Notes: generated by a model from the letters alone, not told the origin. A stretch of 64,000 nt of DNA from the human T2T-CHM13v2.0 reference genome, Homo sapiens (GCF_009914755.1 NC_060938.1), one strand, 5' to 3'; shown: positions 49,356 to 64,000, counted from the first letter of the stretch. A program made the numbers and translations.

Positions 49356-49736
49356 TGTGTTAGTCTACTGGGATTACCCTGGCAAAATACCACAGGCTGG
49401 GTAGACAACTGAAATGTATTTCTCAGTTCCAGAAACAAAGTTGCAGATCAAAGTTTGTTAGGGCTCAGTTTCTGGGAAGGGCTCTCTTCCTGGCTTGTAG
49501 ATAATAAGCTACCTTCTCACTATGTACTCACAGGGCCTTTCTTCTGTTCATGCACTGAGAGATTTCTTTTTCTTGCTCTTCTTATAAGACCACCAGTGCT
49601 ATTGGTTAAAGCCCTGCCATTATGACTTTGTTTGACCTTAATTACTTCCTAAAGACACTACCTCCCAATACAGTCATGTTTGGGGTTGGGACTTCAACAT
49701 ATGAATGTTGGAGGGGATATGGTTCTGTTTCTAGCA
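49356..49736 (-). mobile_element. MLT1A-like MaLR solo LTR
   Basis: TG…CA termini, with aaaataccacaggctgggt, ctctcttcctggcttgtaga and ggacttcaacatatgaat motifs. Confidence 0.8.
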
Positions 49737-50334
49737 AATGTATAGTAGTGGGAATTGCAAAGGTTAAAGTTCCAAAGTATCAAGGGAATCAGAATTGGGA
49801 AGCAATTCTAACCTTTTTGAAGTGGTTACATGGCCCAAGTAGAAGAGCAAATAATTCCAAGAGACACCAAGCCACAGAGCAGGTAGGATCACGTGAGTAG
49901 GGCCCAGGATAGAAGAGCAGTGTTAGGGTTGCATGAGAGTGAGGGCATATAAGACAACAACAGCTAAAAGCAATGCATGCTCAGATCTTGGGAGATGTAT
50001 TAAATGAGTAGAGTGAATTTCAAGATATCTGAGTTTTTTTTTTTAATGATTACATGGGTTCTAGAGTCAAAATGCCATGGCTCATCTGGTACTGTAACTT
50101 AAGATAAACTGCTTAGCTAAGGCTCAGCTTTCATACCTATAATTTTGTTATACTTATCTTGCAGGTTTCTTGAGAAATATTGGATGAAATAATTCATGTG
50201 AAATGCTTAACATATGTGTGACAAATAATTATCCTTAAATAAATGTTGGTCGTTATTACAATTGGCTTTGTTACTTGATTCAGGCAGGATCAAAATTAGC
50301 TGCTATATGCATGACTAACCAGGACCAAAAAGTT

Positions 50335-50340
50335 AATAAA
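50335..50340 (+). terminator. Candidate distal poly(A) signal for a long 3'UTR isoform
   Basis: AATAAA followed about 20-45 nt later by U-rich tcttagtttttctctaattctttc. Confidence 0.45.
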
Positions 50341-52088
50341 AATACGAAAGTTTGGCACTCTTAGTTTTTCTCTAATTCTTTCATTTGCCAAGACAATATA
50401 AAATTTAGTTGCTAGCTCATTAGCAAAGATTTTCCTTCATCAGCACTAGTTATTTGTTTCCAGCTACCAGCTTCAGTTAGGCCCAGGGAAGCCCTGCATC
50501 CCGAGAATGTCACTCCTTTTCTGAGTTTCCATCCTTCAGCTTTCTTGTGGCCCTTGGTCAGCCAAATACCTCAGGCAACCTTGCACCCCTTTATTGATAT
50601 GCATTATTTTGTTTTTAACTTTTTATTGTGAACGTTTTACAAATATACCCCAAAGAGAATGGCGTAACAAACCCCCATTTATCCATCACTTGGTTTCAAG
50701 ATCAATATTTTGTTACCCTTGTTTTATCTGTGCCCACCTCCCTATGAAAGAATATCTTGTAATATTACACAAAGTTATAAAACAAAAAGCATTCAAAGAG
50801 TTGCTGCTGGGCCTCTCGACCTGAGTCTTATTTAGTGTTTCAGTGTACCTAAGCCTAACGTTCTTTCTGATGGACAATTAATGGCATGATTCTAGTTCTT
50901 TATTCAGTGACAACCTAAAAGAGATTAGCTGCTAAGTAGACTCTTCATCATTTAATGAGATTGCCTGAAAAAGTGAAAGATGTTTCAGCTTGTACGTATT
51001 TCAATTCAACTGTGCTCAATCACCTTTTAAAATGAATAAAAAGCGGTCTATAGATTATATATTGCTGCTATATCTTTTGTAAAATGTGCCATTGTGGAAG
51101 AGAATCTGTACTCTTTCAAGAGAGTAAGTAAAAGGGGAGACTTCTAATTTGTACATGTGAAAGCTAAGAAATACCGTTACCTCTAAAAACATGATCACAG
51201 ATCTACTAGCATATTTTAAGAGGGTTATATTCATGTATTTTCAATAGCTGTAACTATACTGAATTTACATGAGTCTACACAGAAGAGATATCCTTAAGCA
51301 CATTTTCAAGTTATGATTTTTTACTGCTCCATTGTCTTTTGACAATGATTTTCTTCTTTGTTCTCACTCACTTGCCATTTTTGACCTAGAATTTTCACTA
51401 TAAAAATATCATGAGAGAGAGACTCAGAGACACAGAGTTATAGACTATTTGATAGTACATTCTTTTCTACCATAAAGTCAAGGTAAGTGTTAGGATGAAT
51501 GGACAGAACCACTATAAACTTTTGCTTCTTCATTTCATGGAGCCAAATGGAACATAGAATAATTAGTTCCAACAAGTTAATGATTTTTCTGTTCCTACTC
51601 TGCATTTGGTAGTTTGATATTTTATTTATTTTGGAAATTTAGCAGAGCATATATAAACATTCTTAAGGCAGGTCCTTTAGGTTTGCAAAAGAGTACAGTA
51701 GACAGGCTGATGGGTGGGGGTCAGAAAGTAGATAAAAACAGAGGCATCATTAAAACTGAATAGCTAAAACTTCCTTGGCATTACAGTATAGTTTTCAATG
51801 TTCATATACCACGCAGGAAAATGTACTTATATGCATGTATGGGTATGAGTAACCAGATCTGGTTTGATGTCAAATTTGATGTGGGAAGTCTAGGACAGTT
51901 CTTTCTTAAAAACCAAAGCAAGAAAGAAGAAAAGGTAGGGCAGGGGAAGAGAGCAGAGGCAGGAGAGCTGCTTCTAAGCAGTTTGTAACTGCTCAGAAGA
52001 CAGTTCCAGAATTAAAGCATGTAAAATAATAATGAGGTCTCTCCCTTCATGCCAGTAGTGTCTGATGCTAACAGATAAGCTCTGAATT

Positions 52089-52092
<4 letters not shown>

Positions 52093-52157
<65 letters not shown>

Positions 52158-52183
52158 GTCTCTCTCTCTCTCTCTCTCTGTCT
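52093..52183. repeat. Compound (CA)16(CT)n microsatellite
   Basis: Read directly from the sequence. Confidence 0.95.
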
Positions 52184-52405
52184 CCACTTCTTTTGAACAA
52201 AAGGAAAAAAATGAGTTGCTTGTTCTTATATGGTAATACATTGTAAATCGCTTCAGGTATTGTGCTTGTCTTTTGTACTAGAACTTGTGTATCTTTTTCT
52301 TTTAAAAATGCAAAACATATTTAAACACTGCTATTATAAACACCACTTCCCTAAAATATATTTTAAGAACATAATTCCCATATGTGCTTAGGTGGACAGG
52401 CTTGA

Positions 52406-52769
<364 letters not shown>

Positions 52770-54322
52770 GGCAATAGCTTTTATAACTAGACAGGTTGAT
52801 GTTATGAAGTAGTAACTGGCAAGTGTATTTTACTGAGAACATTAGGTATAGATAAGTTAATGGGCTTTGAAAAAAAAAAAGGATAAAAAGTAATTGGACC
52901 ACTCCTTGGTCACGATTAACACTGAAAACAGTAATATTTTTTTTTAATTAAAAGATTTTACAGGTCAACCATACATGGACATGTGACTTTGATATTTCTA
53001 TGACATAAATCAGTTGAAGTGGGACCGCCATCATGCCTATATCAAAAAGCCCTCTACATGCACACAAAAAGGAGAAAGTTTTCAAAGCCTAAGCCAGTCA
53101 AATAATGCTCAGATGAAACAGCGGATTACAAGGCCTCGGTTAACAAGTACTCCAGCTCCCGAACCAGTGGGCATCCCAGCATTGACTTTGGCAGGCAGGT
53201 GCTGGATGACATGCAGAAGGGGTCCTTAGAGGCTGTTTCCCCTTACACAACCTCAAAGAAGTTTAAATTTTCAATTTACTTTTTAAAAGCAGATACACAG
53301 TAAACATTGGAATGTGAGTTTTATGCTAAATACATTTTGGTTTCAGAGTAGTTATCTCATGCTGCCAGAATAGCCCTGAGGATTAAGATGGTTTATTGGG
53401 ATCAAATGCCTAGGAGATTTATTATAGTGCAGACTGTTTACTCATTCCCATTAAAATGCTGATAATGCTTATTTCTTTACCTCTCTCTCCCGCCTGCTTT
53501 CTTCCTTCCTCCATAACCCATATTCTATTATTTTATTTTCCTGCTTTAGGTTGAATCTACTTAGATTTTTATTCTTTATTAAAAATTGAATCCTTGGAAG
53601 CTCTCTGACTTTATGGCTGCAAGAAAGTGGCAATGGCATACATGCAGCTCATTAAAGCCTTGGGAACACGGAATCCCTGCTTAGCAATTTAGATCTAAGA
53701 AGTATTTTCAGGGAGAGTGTCTAATGATTGGAGAGATGGGTACACACTGGAACAATTTATATTAAAAGATCAAAAACACCCTGGCTATCATCATCTATAA
53801 TATAAAGTCACGTAGAAGTAAAGATAATTTTCTTCCAGGTAGATGCTTTAGTTGGATAAAGAGGAAGATTATCTACTTTATGGCCAAATTCTATGTAAAT
53901 TATATGTAAAACATTCAAGAAGGCAGATGAGTTTACACACAATATAGCAGCTTTTAGGAAAATAGACATGAGACATCAGAAAATATGATCACTTAAACTG
54001 GAAAGCTAGAGCCCAGGAAGTAATCCTGGAGAACTTGATAATGCATCCATATTTATAAGAAAGCCAATCATTGAATCTAAGAAAATATGTAGAATGATTT
54101 TATGAAAATTGTGGTTGGTCAGGCAAGTGTTTGCCATGATCTAAAATATTCATCTTGAATCCTCAGTAACCCTTACAGTGTCTGGCACAGAGGAGGTGAC
54201 TGAGCAACTTTAGTGGAAGGAACAGTTGAATATAGCTGATCTGATACTCATGGGATGTACAAACACATCTTTATCATTTTCCTCTTTTTTTCCCCCAGTA
54301 CTTTGCTTTGAAAATTTGAGGC

Positions 54323-54497
54323 CAGCCATTTGTCAAACTTTAGCACGTGTGAGAATCACCTGGAGGGCTCTTCACAACACAGATCACTGACCCCACTAAC
54401 TACAGTTCATCTGGAATGAGATCTAAACATTTGCATTTCTAACCTGCAAAGGCAGTTCTGTGCTGCTGGTCCATGGACCACATTTTGAGAAGCACAG
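54323..54497. mobile_element. MER5A hAT-Charlie MITE
   Basis: gaatcacctggagggct…atttgcatttctaac…gctgctggtccatggaccacattttgagaagcac. Confidence 0.8.
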
Positions 54498-55847
54498 TAG
54501 CCTATAAAGTCACAAAAGAGCAATTATATACTTCAGGGCAAAAGAGTAGTCAACTCCATTAATTTAAAAAGCATGACTTGATGTCTTTTCCTGCCCAATG
54601 GCTCAGATGTCTTCCAATCTGAAAGCTCTTTGAATCTATGATGAATTATTTGGATACTGCTGATATGGCAGAGAAGGAAGCTGATTTGCTAGAGGAAAGT
54701 GATAAAAGAGGAATGCAGCCAATTGAGCCTTACTATTAGGATCTGTGCTAAACTCTTATCTCTTGTCACAATTGAGAAAAATCAGGCTTAGAGAGTTTAA
54801 GTGACTTGTCCAAGTTCACACTTCCAGTAAGTTGTGAGATCAGAACTTGATCCTTCCCTGATACCTAAGAAATTAAGACATGTAAGCCAAATTCCAAATA
54901 TAGGCCATGGTAGCAGAACCAGTATTGACAGCAATATTAACAGTGCCAACAATTATAACAATTTGAATATTACTCCTAAAGAGTCCTATGATATGGATAT
55001 TATCTTCATTTTATCTTTGAGAAAACTCAGAAAAATAATCTGTCTGAGATTACATAGCTAGCAAGATATGGACTAAGGAGTATAAACTCCAAAGCCTGCC
55101 TTGTTTATACACCACTAAGACCTAACATCAAGCAGTACCCTTCCTAGACCCTTTAATGTAAATACATTTATCAAATGTGGATTGCCTATAATGTTACTAT
55201 AGGATTCCACTAAATGAAATTTTGTCATTTGCCCATTAACGACAGATGAATGCTGTGATGACCTACCTGATGCGTAGTGTCAAACTTTTATGTCCCTATC
55301 CATAGGTTTACTGGGTCCAATAGTACATTTTTATAATTTATTTTAACAAAGCAATATATACATATAGTTTAATGGGACAAATAAAAGCTTTACAATAAAT
55401 AACAGCAGCCCCCTGCTCTAGTTTTCCTTCACTCCTCCCACATCCTGCTTGCCAGAGGAAACCACATTCTGGTCTTATTTTCTCTGGTAATTACCTCCAC
55501 ATTTCTCCAGATAAAATATGAACCTATCTTTTGACTCACTGATTTCAGATGTTACTGACTTCCTAATGTTAAATATTAGGATTTTGTCTGACACCTCCCT
55601 TTCTCTTCCTCATTCTTCCAATATAGTTATATTATACATTTTAATTAAATACTATTAGGTCCTTTTATGATTATGACTACAAAAATACTGTCCTGTTGAC
55701 TAAAGTATTTTTAGAATTCCTTTTGCTTTTCTACCTAAATTTTTATAAAATGCTTAGCTTTTTCTGGAATTGATAATCACTTTTCATTCCCCCCTCCCAC
55801 CTCACCTACTTGGATTCATTTGGCTAAATCTTCTCACTCCCATTAAT

Positions 55848-55905
55848 AGCTTTCACAAATGACTCAAGATAAGCTTTCACAAATGACTCAAGATAAGCTT
55901 TCACA
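55848..55905. repeat. 24-bp tandem repeat, 2.4 copies (agctttcacaaatgactcaagata)
   Basis: Read directly: units start at 55848 and 55872, with a partial unit at 55896. Confidence 0.95.
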
Positions 55906-57472
55906 TTGTCAAGTCTTACTAATGATGTATTCAATCTCCTTGTGTTAATCTTTGAGGCATCTCCCCCAGAGTTCTCTATTTTCTTGCTCCAATCTGAACT
56001 GGTTGCTCTTTCAACCACTTTCACAGCTACTACCCATCATCATCAACTTGGTTTTTTCATCCTCTCCTGTGATGGATTTCCTGTTTTCTGGTTTCACATT
56101 GTTCCTTTACATTATTCCCTTAGTTTAGTAAAGCGCATTCTCTAGTAGCCCCCTGAAAATGGATGTATCATATGTATCTCAAGATTTTTCATATCTGGAA
56201 ATATTATCATTTACATTTGATACTTTTCTTCAAGTACAGAACTCTAGAGATAAAATTCTTTCCCCTATTTATTGTATTTCTCTATGGTCTTCTAGCTTCT
56301 AATGTTCCTGCTGGGTGGACCAATGACATTTTGGTTCTTTGTCTTCTGCGTGTGACCTGTTATTTTTTTTTCCCCAGAATATTCTCTCCCTGGTGTTTCA
56401 AGTGCCATGATGACATGCTTTGGTGGCTGCTGCTTGGTTAGCAACTCTATGAACCTTACAATCTTGTCAGCAGAATAAGGATTATATTCAGAGTTTAATC
56501 AAATATTTCCTCCTCCCATCTTTTTGTAACCGTATGCACACACTGCAAGAGAGACTGCATGCTTCCTTTTTGCAAAACTCTGTGCAAGGCATGGTTCCTC
56601 CTTTCAGGATGCTTGACATCTAGTAAAGTCAGGTGTGATAAGCACCTAATCTAAAATAGAAAACAGAATTTTAAGCATCATATATGAAAAGTATCACATT
56701 GCTTCAAGAAAGATAAATAATTTTAGATAGGGAGATGGGAAATATGCTAAGAGTGAGGGGATGTTTGGTGAGTTAAGAACGTTGGAAGAGTGGTAAAGGT
56801 AGACGGGAAGTTAGCATTGGAAGGTGTCTGAAGTCTGGGTTGTTAGCACCTGTAGAAGAGGTAGAAGAGGCATTCAGTCATAGGCATCAATATGTGGAAG
56901 GCATAAAATGGGAAAATGAAAGACTTTTCAAGAATAACAACGTGGCTGGATTCTAGTTGACACATGGGGAAATGGGAGATACATAAGAGGAATTTGGGGC
57001 CAAAATACGGCAAGCTTTGCATGCAAACTCAATTGTAGGGAGGTAATTGATTTCAATTCAATTTTTTCATTTACTAGTTCACATTTGCTGACAGATTACC
57101 GTGAACCAGTCCCTGGCTGGGTGCTGGAGAGAGACCTGAAAGAAACAAGGCTCCTGCTCTCAAGCAGTTAGGTGTCTGTCTCACGTGAGACTATGTTGTG
57201 TTGTACTTCTGTTTGTACCTAAGTTCTACAGATGAAGTGTGAATGAGATATATAATTTGCATTGGGAACACAGAAAAAGGAAGAGCCAGATTGCCTGGAT
57301 TGTTTAGAAACGGCCAAAAAGAGATGATGGCACCAAGAAGAGAAATGCTACTGGTATAGTTTATTGGAAGTATTGGTAGAGTATTCTTGGCAAAGGAAAT
57401 CACACATTCAAAGACACAGAGATAAGAACACTGGTATGTATATACACTTATATTTATTCATTCATCCTACAA

Positions 57473-57790
57473 TTTTTTTTTTTTTGAGACAGAGTCTTGC
57501 TCTGTCACTCAGGCTGGAGTGCAGTAGTGTGATCTCAGCTCACTGCAACCTCTATCTCCCAGGTTCGAGTGATTGTCCTGCCACAGCCTCCTGAGTAGCT
57601 GGGATTACAGGCACACACCACCATGTCTGGCTAATTTCTTTTTCTTTTTTTTTTTTTTTTTTTTTTTTTTAGTAGAGACGGGATTTCACCATGTCGGCCA
57701 GGCTGGTCTCCAACTCCTGACCTCAGGTGATCCACCAGCCTCGGCCTCCCAAAGTGCTGGGATTACAGACATAAGCCACGGCACCCAGCC
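57473..57790 (-). mobile_element. AluS with an expanded central linker (T26)
   Basis: Full dimer inserted into an L2-like tail. Confidence 0.92.
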
Positions 57791-58196
57791 ACAAATTTTT
57801 GTTGAGTGCTTATTAGGCACTAGCCATAGTACTAGCCATGCTCGAGGAACTATAGATCTTTCAGTAGAGAATATGGTGTCCCTCCTAGGCTGTCAGCTTC
57901 ATGAGGCCAGGAGTTATATCTATCTTATTTGTTGTTTTGCCAATACTTTATATTTGTTAAGTGAATATATACGGTACTATAGTAACAGATATCTATAGAG
58001 AATATGAGTACACAATGATAAACATGTTCATGAAAGAGATGTTTTAAAAATTAGAAATGTTTAATGTTAATTAAAATAAGGAGTACAGATAAAATTGTTT
58101 AGAGGCTATGTGTGTATATACATATGTGTGTGCATATGCACGTGCATATATGTGTATACATATACATATATAGACACTGAGGGCTGACTATGTCTA

Positions 58197-58543
58197 TAGT
58201 CATTCTCCTTCCTCAGTGTCCATGGGGAATTGGTTCCAGTGTCACCCCAGGGATACCAAAGTCCAGATGCTCAAGTTCCTTATATAAAATCATGTAGTAT
58301 TTGCATATAGCCTATGAGCATACCCCTGTATACTTTACGCCATCTCTAGATTACTTATAATACCGGATAAAACTTATAGGCTATATTAATAGTTATTTGT
58401 ATCAATTAGGAAATAATGACAAGGAAAAAAAGTCTGCACAAGTTCAGTACAGATGCAACCATCCTTCTTTGTTCCCAAATATTTTCAATCTGCAGTTGGT
58501 TGAATCCCTGAATGCAGAACCCATGGATAAGGAGGGCCGACTG
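58197..58543. mobile_element. MER2/MER2B TcMar-Tigger MITE
   Basis: TA-flanked, ends in ggagggccgactg|TA, and has internal MER2 motifs. Confidence 0.8.
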
Positions 58544-58782
58544 TACACACACACATACATACACATGTATGTACATACACACATATACACACACACGTAT
58601 TTCCAGTAAAAAGAACAGAGGTCAAGGAATGAAATACATGGGAACTCAAACATTTTTGCACGAAATAGGAAAGTACTATCATTACAGGAGAGGCGACATC
58701 TACCACGCCAGAGGGAAGGTTTGTTTATTTATATCCCCTGTAAACTTTGACTGGTAAAATTGAACAACTTATCTCTGGAGAA

Positions 58783-59081
58783 TTTTTTTTTCTTTTTTTT
58801 TAGACGGAGTCTCACTCTGTCGCCAGCCTGGAGTGCAGTGGCACAATCACAGCTTACTGTAATCTCCGCCCCCCCAGGTTCAAGCAACTCCCCTGCCTCA
58901 GCCTCCCGAGTAGCTGGGACTACAGGTGTGCACCACCACACCCAGCTAATTTTTTTGTATTTTAGTAGAGACAGGGTTTCACCATATTGGCCAGGATGGT
59001 CTTGATCTCCTGACCACGTGATCCACCCGCCTCAGCCTCGCAAAGTGCTGGGATTACAGGAATGAGCCACCATGCCCGGCC
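58783..59081 (-). mobile_element. AluS (Sc-like)
   Basis: Full dimer with TSD tggagaatttt. Confidence 0.93.
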
Positions 59082-59499
59082 TCTTTGGAGAATTTTATAA
59101 GTGCCCCTTCTAAAAACCTCAATGCTCTGTCTCCCTCAGCCCTTGAACATTTGGTTCCACCAGCCAACATGATTCCTGCCTCTAGAATTGGTGTTTCTAC
59201 TTTGCCTTTCTTTAGTCATTGAATCCTAGTTATATCCAAACTCAAACTTAGCTCATGCCCTGTGTGCCTCACCAAATAGAAACCAATCCCAGTGTTTCTT
59301 CCCCATGGAACATAACCATGATCTAGCCACTTGACCACACTACAATCAAGAAAACCCTATCCTCTTCTCAATGGGGCATTTTGACACGGGACAAAGTGGC
59401 CGCAGAAGGTACAAACTACTTTAAAGCATTATCACCAAAGCATCACGAAAGAGAGAACTGCCTTTTTGAAGCACAGCAGTTAATAAGACCTGAAAAGTA

Positions 59500-59811
59500 G
59501 GTCGGACCCAGGGGCTCACACCTGTAATCTCAGCACTTCGGGAGGCCGAGGTGGGTGGATGACCTGACGTCAGGAGTTCGAGACCAGCGTGGCCAGCTTG
59601 GCAAAACCCCCTCTCTACTAAAAATACAAAAGATTAGCCGGGCATGGTGGCAGGTGCCTGCAATCTCAGCTACTCAGGAGGCTGAGGCAGAAGAATCGCT
59701 TGAACCTGAGAGGCAGAGTTACAATAAGCCAAGATCACACCACTGCATTCTCCAGCCTGGGTGACAAAGCAAGACTCTCTCTCAAAAAAAACAAAAACAA
59801 AAACAAAAAAC
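59500..59811 (+). mobile_element. AluS
   Basis: Full sense dimer with TSD acctgaaaagta (59488-59499 / 59812-59823). Confidence 0.93.
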
Positions 59812-62800
59812 ACCTGAAAAGTATTCTTCGACTTCCAGGAATAGAACAAAGACAAACTTTTTGCCCTCAAGAGGCTCAAAGCCTTAAGAGACAACACTCA
59901 CTATAGGGAAATATTTAATTCCCCTAGGTAAGCCCAGCGCTGCAATAGGTTTATGGTGGGTACCCACTGTATGGTTGTGGAATGAATTAATGCACATGCC
60001 ATCCACACTCTCACCTGTTTCTTTGACTTGGGTTTGGCACCTAGAAGGTCATTGTTGCCCACATAAGAAGATTTTCCATGCAGTAATAGAAGCAGAAGTC
60101 AGACAGCAAAAACTAAGGACTGTGTGAAAGATGAGAAAGTCAAGTAAATGGGCAGACAACCTACTATTCTGGAAAGATTAAGTTTTTAAGAGACATACAA
60201 ATTTTCTTGATGGCAATTATTTGAAAATAAAAGTCAGAGTGCCCCACGATTTTACAATGTAAGTAGATTCTCCATATGCCTTCTATCCCTCAAAAGTATA
60301 AAAGACAAGTAGTCAGTTTGCTTGGCAGCCTGAAATCTCTTTAAGGACAAGGACCAGCTTTTATTTATTATTGCCATTCCTACAGTTCTTAACTTGGCAT
60401 TTGTTGCATAATAGGTACAATGTTTAAAGTACATATGTTGAATAAATTCACTTATGAATAACACAAATAATATGCTGGCTATTTTTACATATTCTACAGT
60501 ATAAGCAAGGGGAGAGGAGTAAAACTTTAATAGCAAAAGATGGAAATTGGGCAAAATGTATCACTTGGCCACATTTTACACATGACATCCCCATGAGATA
60601 AACAAACTGTTGGTGGTAAATGACAGTGAGTGAATGAATAAATGGAACATTAGATAGAAAATATTCAACATATGTACAATCTTAGTTATGAGGTTATTTT
60701 AATGATCAAAGGCCTTACTGGATATTGAAGTGTTTGTTTAGTCGATGTGTGTTCATCAGCATGACACCTACAACTGTTCGCCAAGCATTTTGGGGTGAAT
60801 TTATCAGAACGGACTCCAAGCCATCTCTAATGATAAAATGCATAAATGTATCCAGAAGGAGAAGCAGGTCACTTTTTCCTACCTCACATTCCCTTTCCCA
60901 AAGGAAACTGATTGCCAAAAAGTGCCACCTCTCTGCTTATTTTTATTATTCAGCAGAGAGTGGGGAATATAGTGCCATCTCATGCATTACCATTCCAGAG
61001 ACGTGATCAGTAAGTGCAGTAATTGCTATGTGGAAGCAAGAACAGATTGTCATGATTCCTTAACCTGGGTAGAAAACAGTGCATGCATCTTGTAATTTGC
61101 TTTGTAGATTGCTAAAGTGATTGACACTGTGGGTTACAGTGTATAATTTTCCCTTTTTTGTGTGTAAGACTGCATAATTCCAGGCATGTTTGCCATCATA
61201 TGGCACGAGGCATTATCATTCACCTTGAATTTTTCCTAAACTTGTCTTCCAGAAAAAAGGATGAAAACAAGGCAGCACCCTGTCTTCCCATGGCCATATA
61301 ACCACTTTTGAGGAGAGAATGCAATGAAATAAGTACCATGAGAAAGGGACTAATCTTTCTTTAAATGACAAGATCTTCCATAGAGACTGCAGCCCAGTGA
61401 TAGAAACTTCTTCTACACTGTTCCTTATGCTTTATTTTATTTACCACAGCAGCTAACACTCCACTCTGGGGCCAGAATACACCAGCAGAAAGATCTATAA
61501 AGAATCATTAGAGTTTTAGACAGATGTATTCACAATTCTACAAAATACATTCTCAACTGGAGTTAGTTATTAGCTGGTAATCAGCTTTGGTAGCAACATG
61601 TATCAAAGCTCAAGGAACCTCCTCATACTGATCACTCACCATCTTGTGCCATCTGGGTAGAAATGTACAAATTCAGATTTTACACATTTATACCGACAAT
61701 GGGCTACACTACTAGAAAAGGTGGTGGGAGAGCTACTATCATCACCTGAAATGTTTCCTATCTGACTGAAATATTCAATTATGGCTACTCCAATAAAGAT
61801 ACAAGTTCTGGGAAATAACTGTTTTCAGAACGAAGTCAGTTCTCTATCAGTGGTTTGACAAGGCAGAATGACTGATTGTGAAGAGAGTCTTTCAGAGAAA
61901 TGGCCAAATAATTCCTAGTGGGGACATTGCATCACTTTAATGTAAAATGTTGGGAAGAAAATTGAAACAAAAATGAATACATTGAACGACACTTTGAAAG
62001 TAAGTACAAAATAGTAAGGATACCTGTCTTTATACAGAGAAGTTTCCATTTAACTGGTAGGCATTTCCAGAAACTAGACATGTTTTATTTATTTTTAAAA
62101 CTAAAATGTATTTTTTTTTATTTTTATAAATATGCTATAAAAATAAACAAAATAAATAAGCCTATTTTATGTTTCCTTTTTCTACTACTCAAAATATTGC
62201 TTCACAAAAGTGAGATGTCATTTTCCCAGAATTTTTTTTTTTTTTACATTTACCTATTTTTACACCTGATTTAGATTCCCTCTTCCAGGAGCTAAAACTG
62301 GCTACCATGCAGATAATGTCAAAGGAGGAGGAATAAAATATAAGAGGTATCAATAGGAAGCTTGAATTTCCTGAGAGTGGAGAGTCATGAGATCTGCTCG
62401 TCTTTCAATGTGTGCTTAAGATGCCATGCCTTTGAAGAGACAGGACACCAAGCGCAGGATAACATCCATTGTTTCACACCATGGAAATATAGCCTATTTT
62501 AAGATAGCATCTACAGAATGCCCCAAAAGGAATTCCAGTGTTTTCTATTATTTATTTTAGTTTACCTCAACCTCCTTTTGGGATTGAAAGTTAGTGGTTC
62601 CAGATCCCTAAATCTTCCTGAGGACTAAGGGTACATTTGTTATTTTTTTTTTTTGTCCTGTTTTCAGCCCTACTCCTCTGAAATAGCCTGAGTACACACG
62701 TTTTTGCCTTGCTGAACTTTTTTCCTTTTACCTCCCATTTGCCCTCTCCAATTCAATTTCCTTAAAAAAATAAAATAAAATAAATGGGCTGTCAGAAACT

Positions 62801-64000
62801 AAAGCTTTACACACTGGAGCCTCCCTGCATTCAGGAGGTAATGAGTGATTCTTTCACTTGTTCACTACACTCTAATCCTAATTTAAGGCAATTCATTTTA
62901 TGATTTTATGTCTTGGTGATAGTATCTCATGAATAACAATGAAAGAATGAAAGAATATTCTATCACTGCAGACTCTCTTACAAAGTGGTGACATATAAAT
63001 GCAAAGATAATTGCCATTTAAAAATAAAGGTTCTTTTTTCTTTAAAGGCAATCAGTTGATACTAAAAACTAGTCAAAACATATGTTTTCCACTTCCTGCT
63101 TTAGTCTGATTAATACAGACAAGCTTTGACCCAAGGATACTATCACTTTGAGAGTGTCACTGATGTTTACAGTAAAAGTAACAAGAGTTCTACTTAAAAA
63201 TTGACACTATGCATTAGAAGCAAGAAGTTATCTAATAAAAGAAGATTGGTACATATGCAATTAGGGATTCAAGGATCAATTGTGCTTTTAATTACTTAGC
63301 ACATCAGGAACTTGATCTCAATAATCCAAACCATGTAGACAGATCTTGATTCTACGGCAAAAATGATCTGAGAAATTGGAATAATTAAAACTCACAGATA
63401 ATCCCAAACCGTTATGGCAACAATTCATTAAGATCTCCTTCCTTAGAGAAATGGTTTTATAAGAGCTACAAATCATTACAAAACTGGCTGGCTTATGTCT
63501 CCTCTCCTTTGATGATTCCACTGAAATCTCCGGGGAAGGCCATGCAAAGCAGTGAAATAGCCAAGTCAGGAAGGAAGAGAAAAGGGACAGAGCTTCAAGG
63601 AGAAGCCATAAAACTTCCAAATGCACTAGACTGTCAGTGGTGAGTGTGTCCTCGAGAATAGTTGAAAACAGGATTTGCATCATTCCACGTAAAACAGGAG
63701 TGAGTGAGTAACCTATGGGAGAAGGTGTGTGCTGATCCAGGTGGCAATCCCCAAGCTAGAATATGAATAATTTATAGTTTGGTAACTATGTAGAAAGACT
63801 ATGTTTTAGACATCATTTTTCCCTTATTTTCTGCCTCCCTTCTATTAGCCTCAGTAATACCAGCATACAAGACTCTTTGTTATATCCAAGTAAGAGAAAA
63901 TCGCAGTACTCTCAACTTTATCTTTCTCCTTTTTGTTATTTTTCACTGGCATACCCCCTGCCTTATCAGTCACAGCCTGGACTAAGCTCTTGTTACAGAC

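Noticed and set aside
59896-59909. ACTCACTATAGGGA, matching the 3' part of the T7 promoter
   Set aside because: It lacks the upstream TAATACG specificity region and has no flanking vector sequence, so it is treated as a chance match.

Overview
Primate (most likely human) genomic DNA containing the 3' end of the neurexin-3 gene (NRXN3) on the + strand. Bases 1-35612 are intron, rich in Alu, L1, L2, MIR, MaLR and DNA-transposon remnants, including a near full-length Tigger1 with a nested L1 and an 18-bp VNTR. The alternative splice site 5 (SS5/AS5) region lies at about 34.6-37.2 kb and is missed by the ORF track. It contains the stop-bearing exon encoding ARSSNAARSLRAALTWTWRLTYTFTPIIFISCVVHS* (the GPI-type C-terminus) and an internal acceptor giving DILLKSF*. 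The terminal exon (43114-44039) has three nested in-frame acceptors and encodes the stalk inserts, TM helix and PDZ-binding tail (…KDREYYV*). A long 3'UTR with several poly(A) signals follows, then repeat-rich downstream DNA. The most novel-looking candidates are an apparently extra in-phase acceptor at 34830 that would encode a second GPI-signal-like tail, an 11-nt microexon or recursive splice site at 37145-37155, and syndecan-like glycosaminoglycan motifs in the longest terminal-exon insert. The upstream exon is outside the window, so its phase-1 G is inferred from the frame of the three terminal acceptors. Repeat subfamily names come from recalled consensus similarity, and old-repeat boundaries are approximate.
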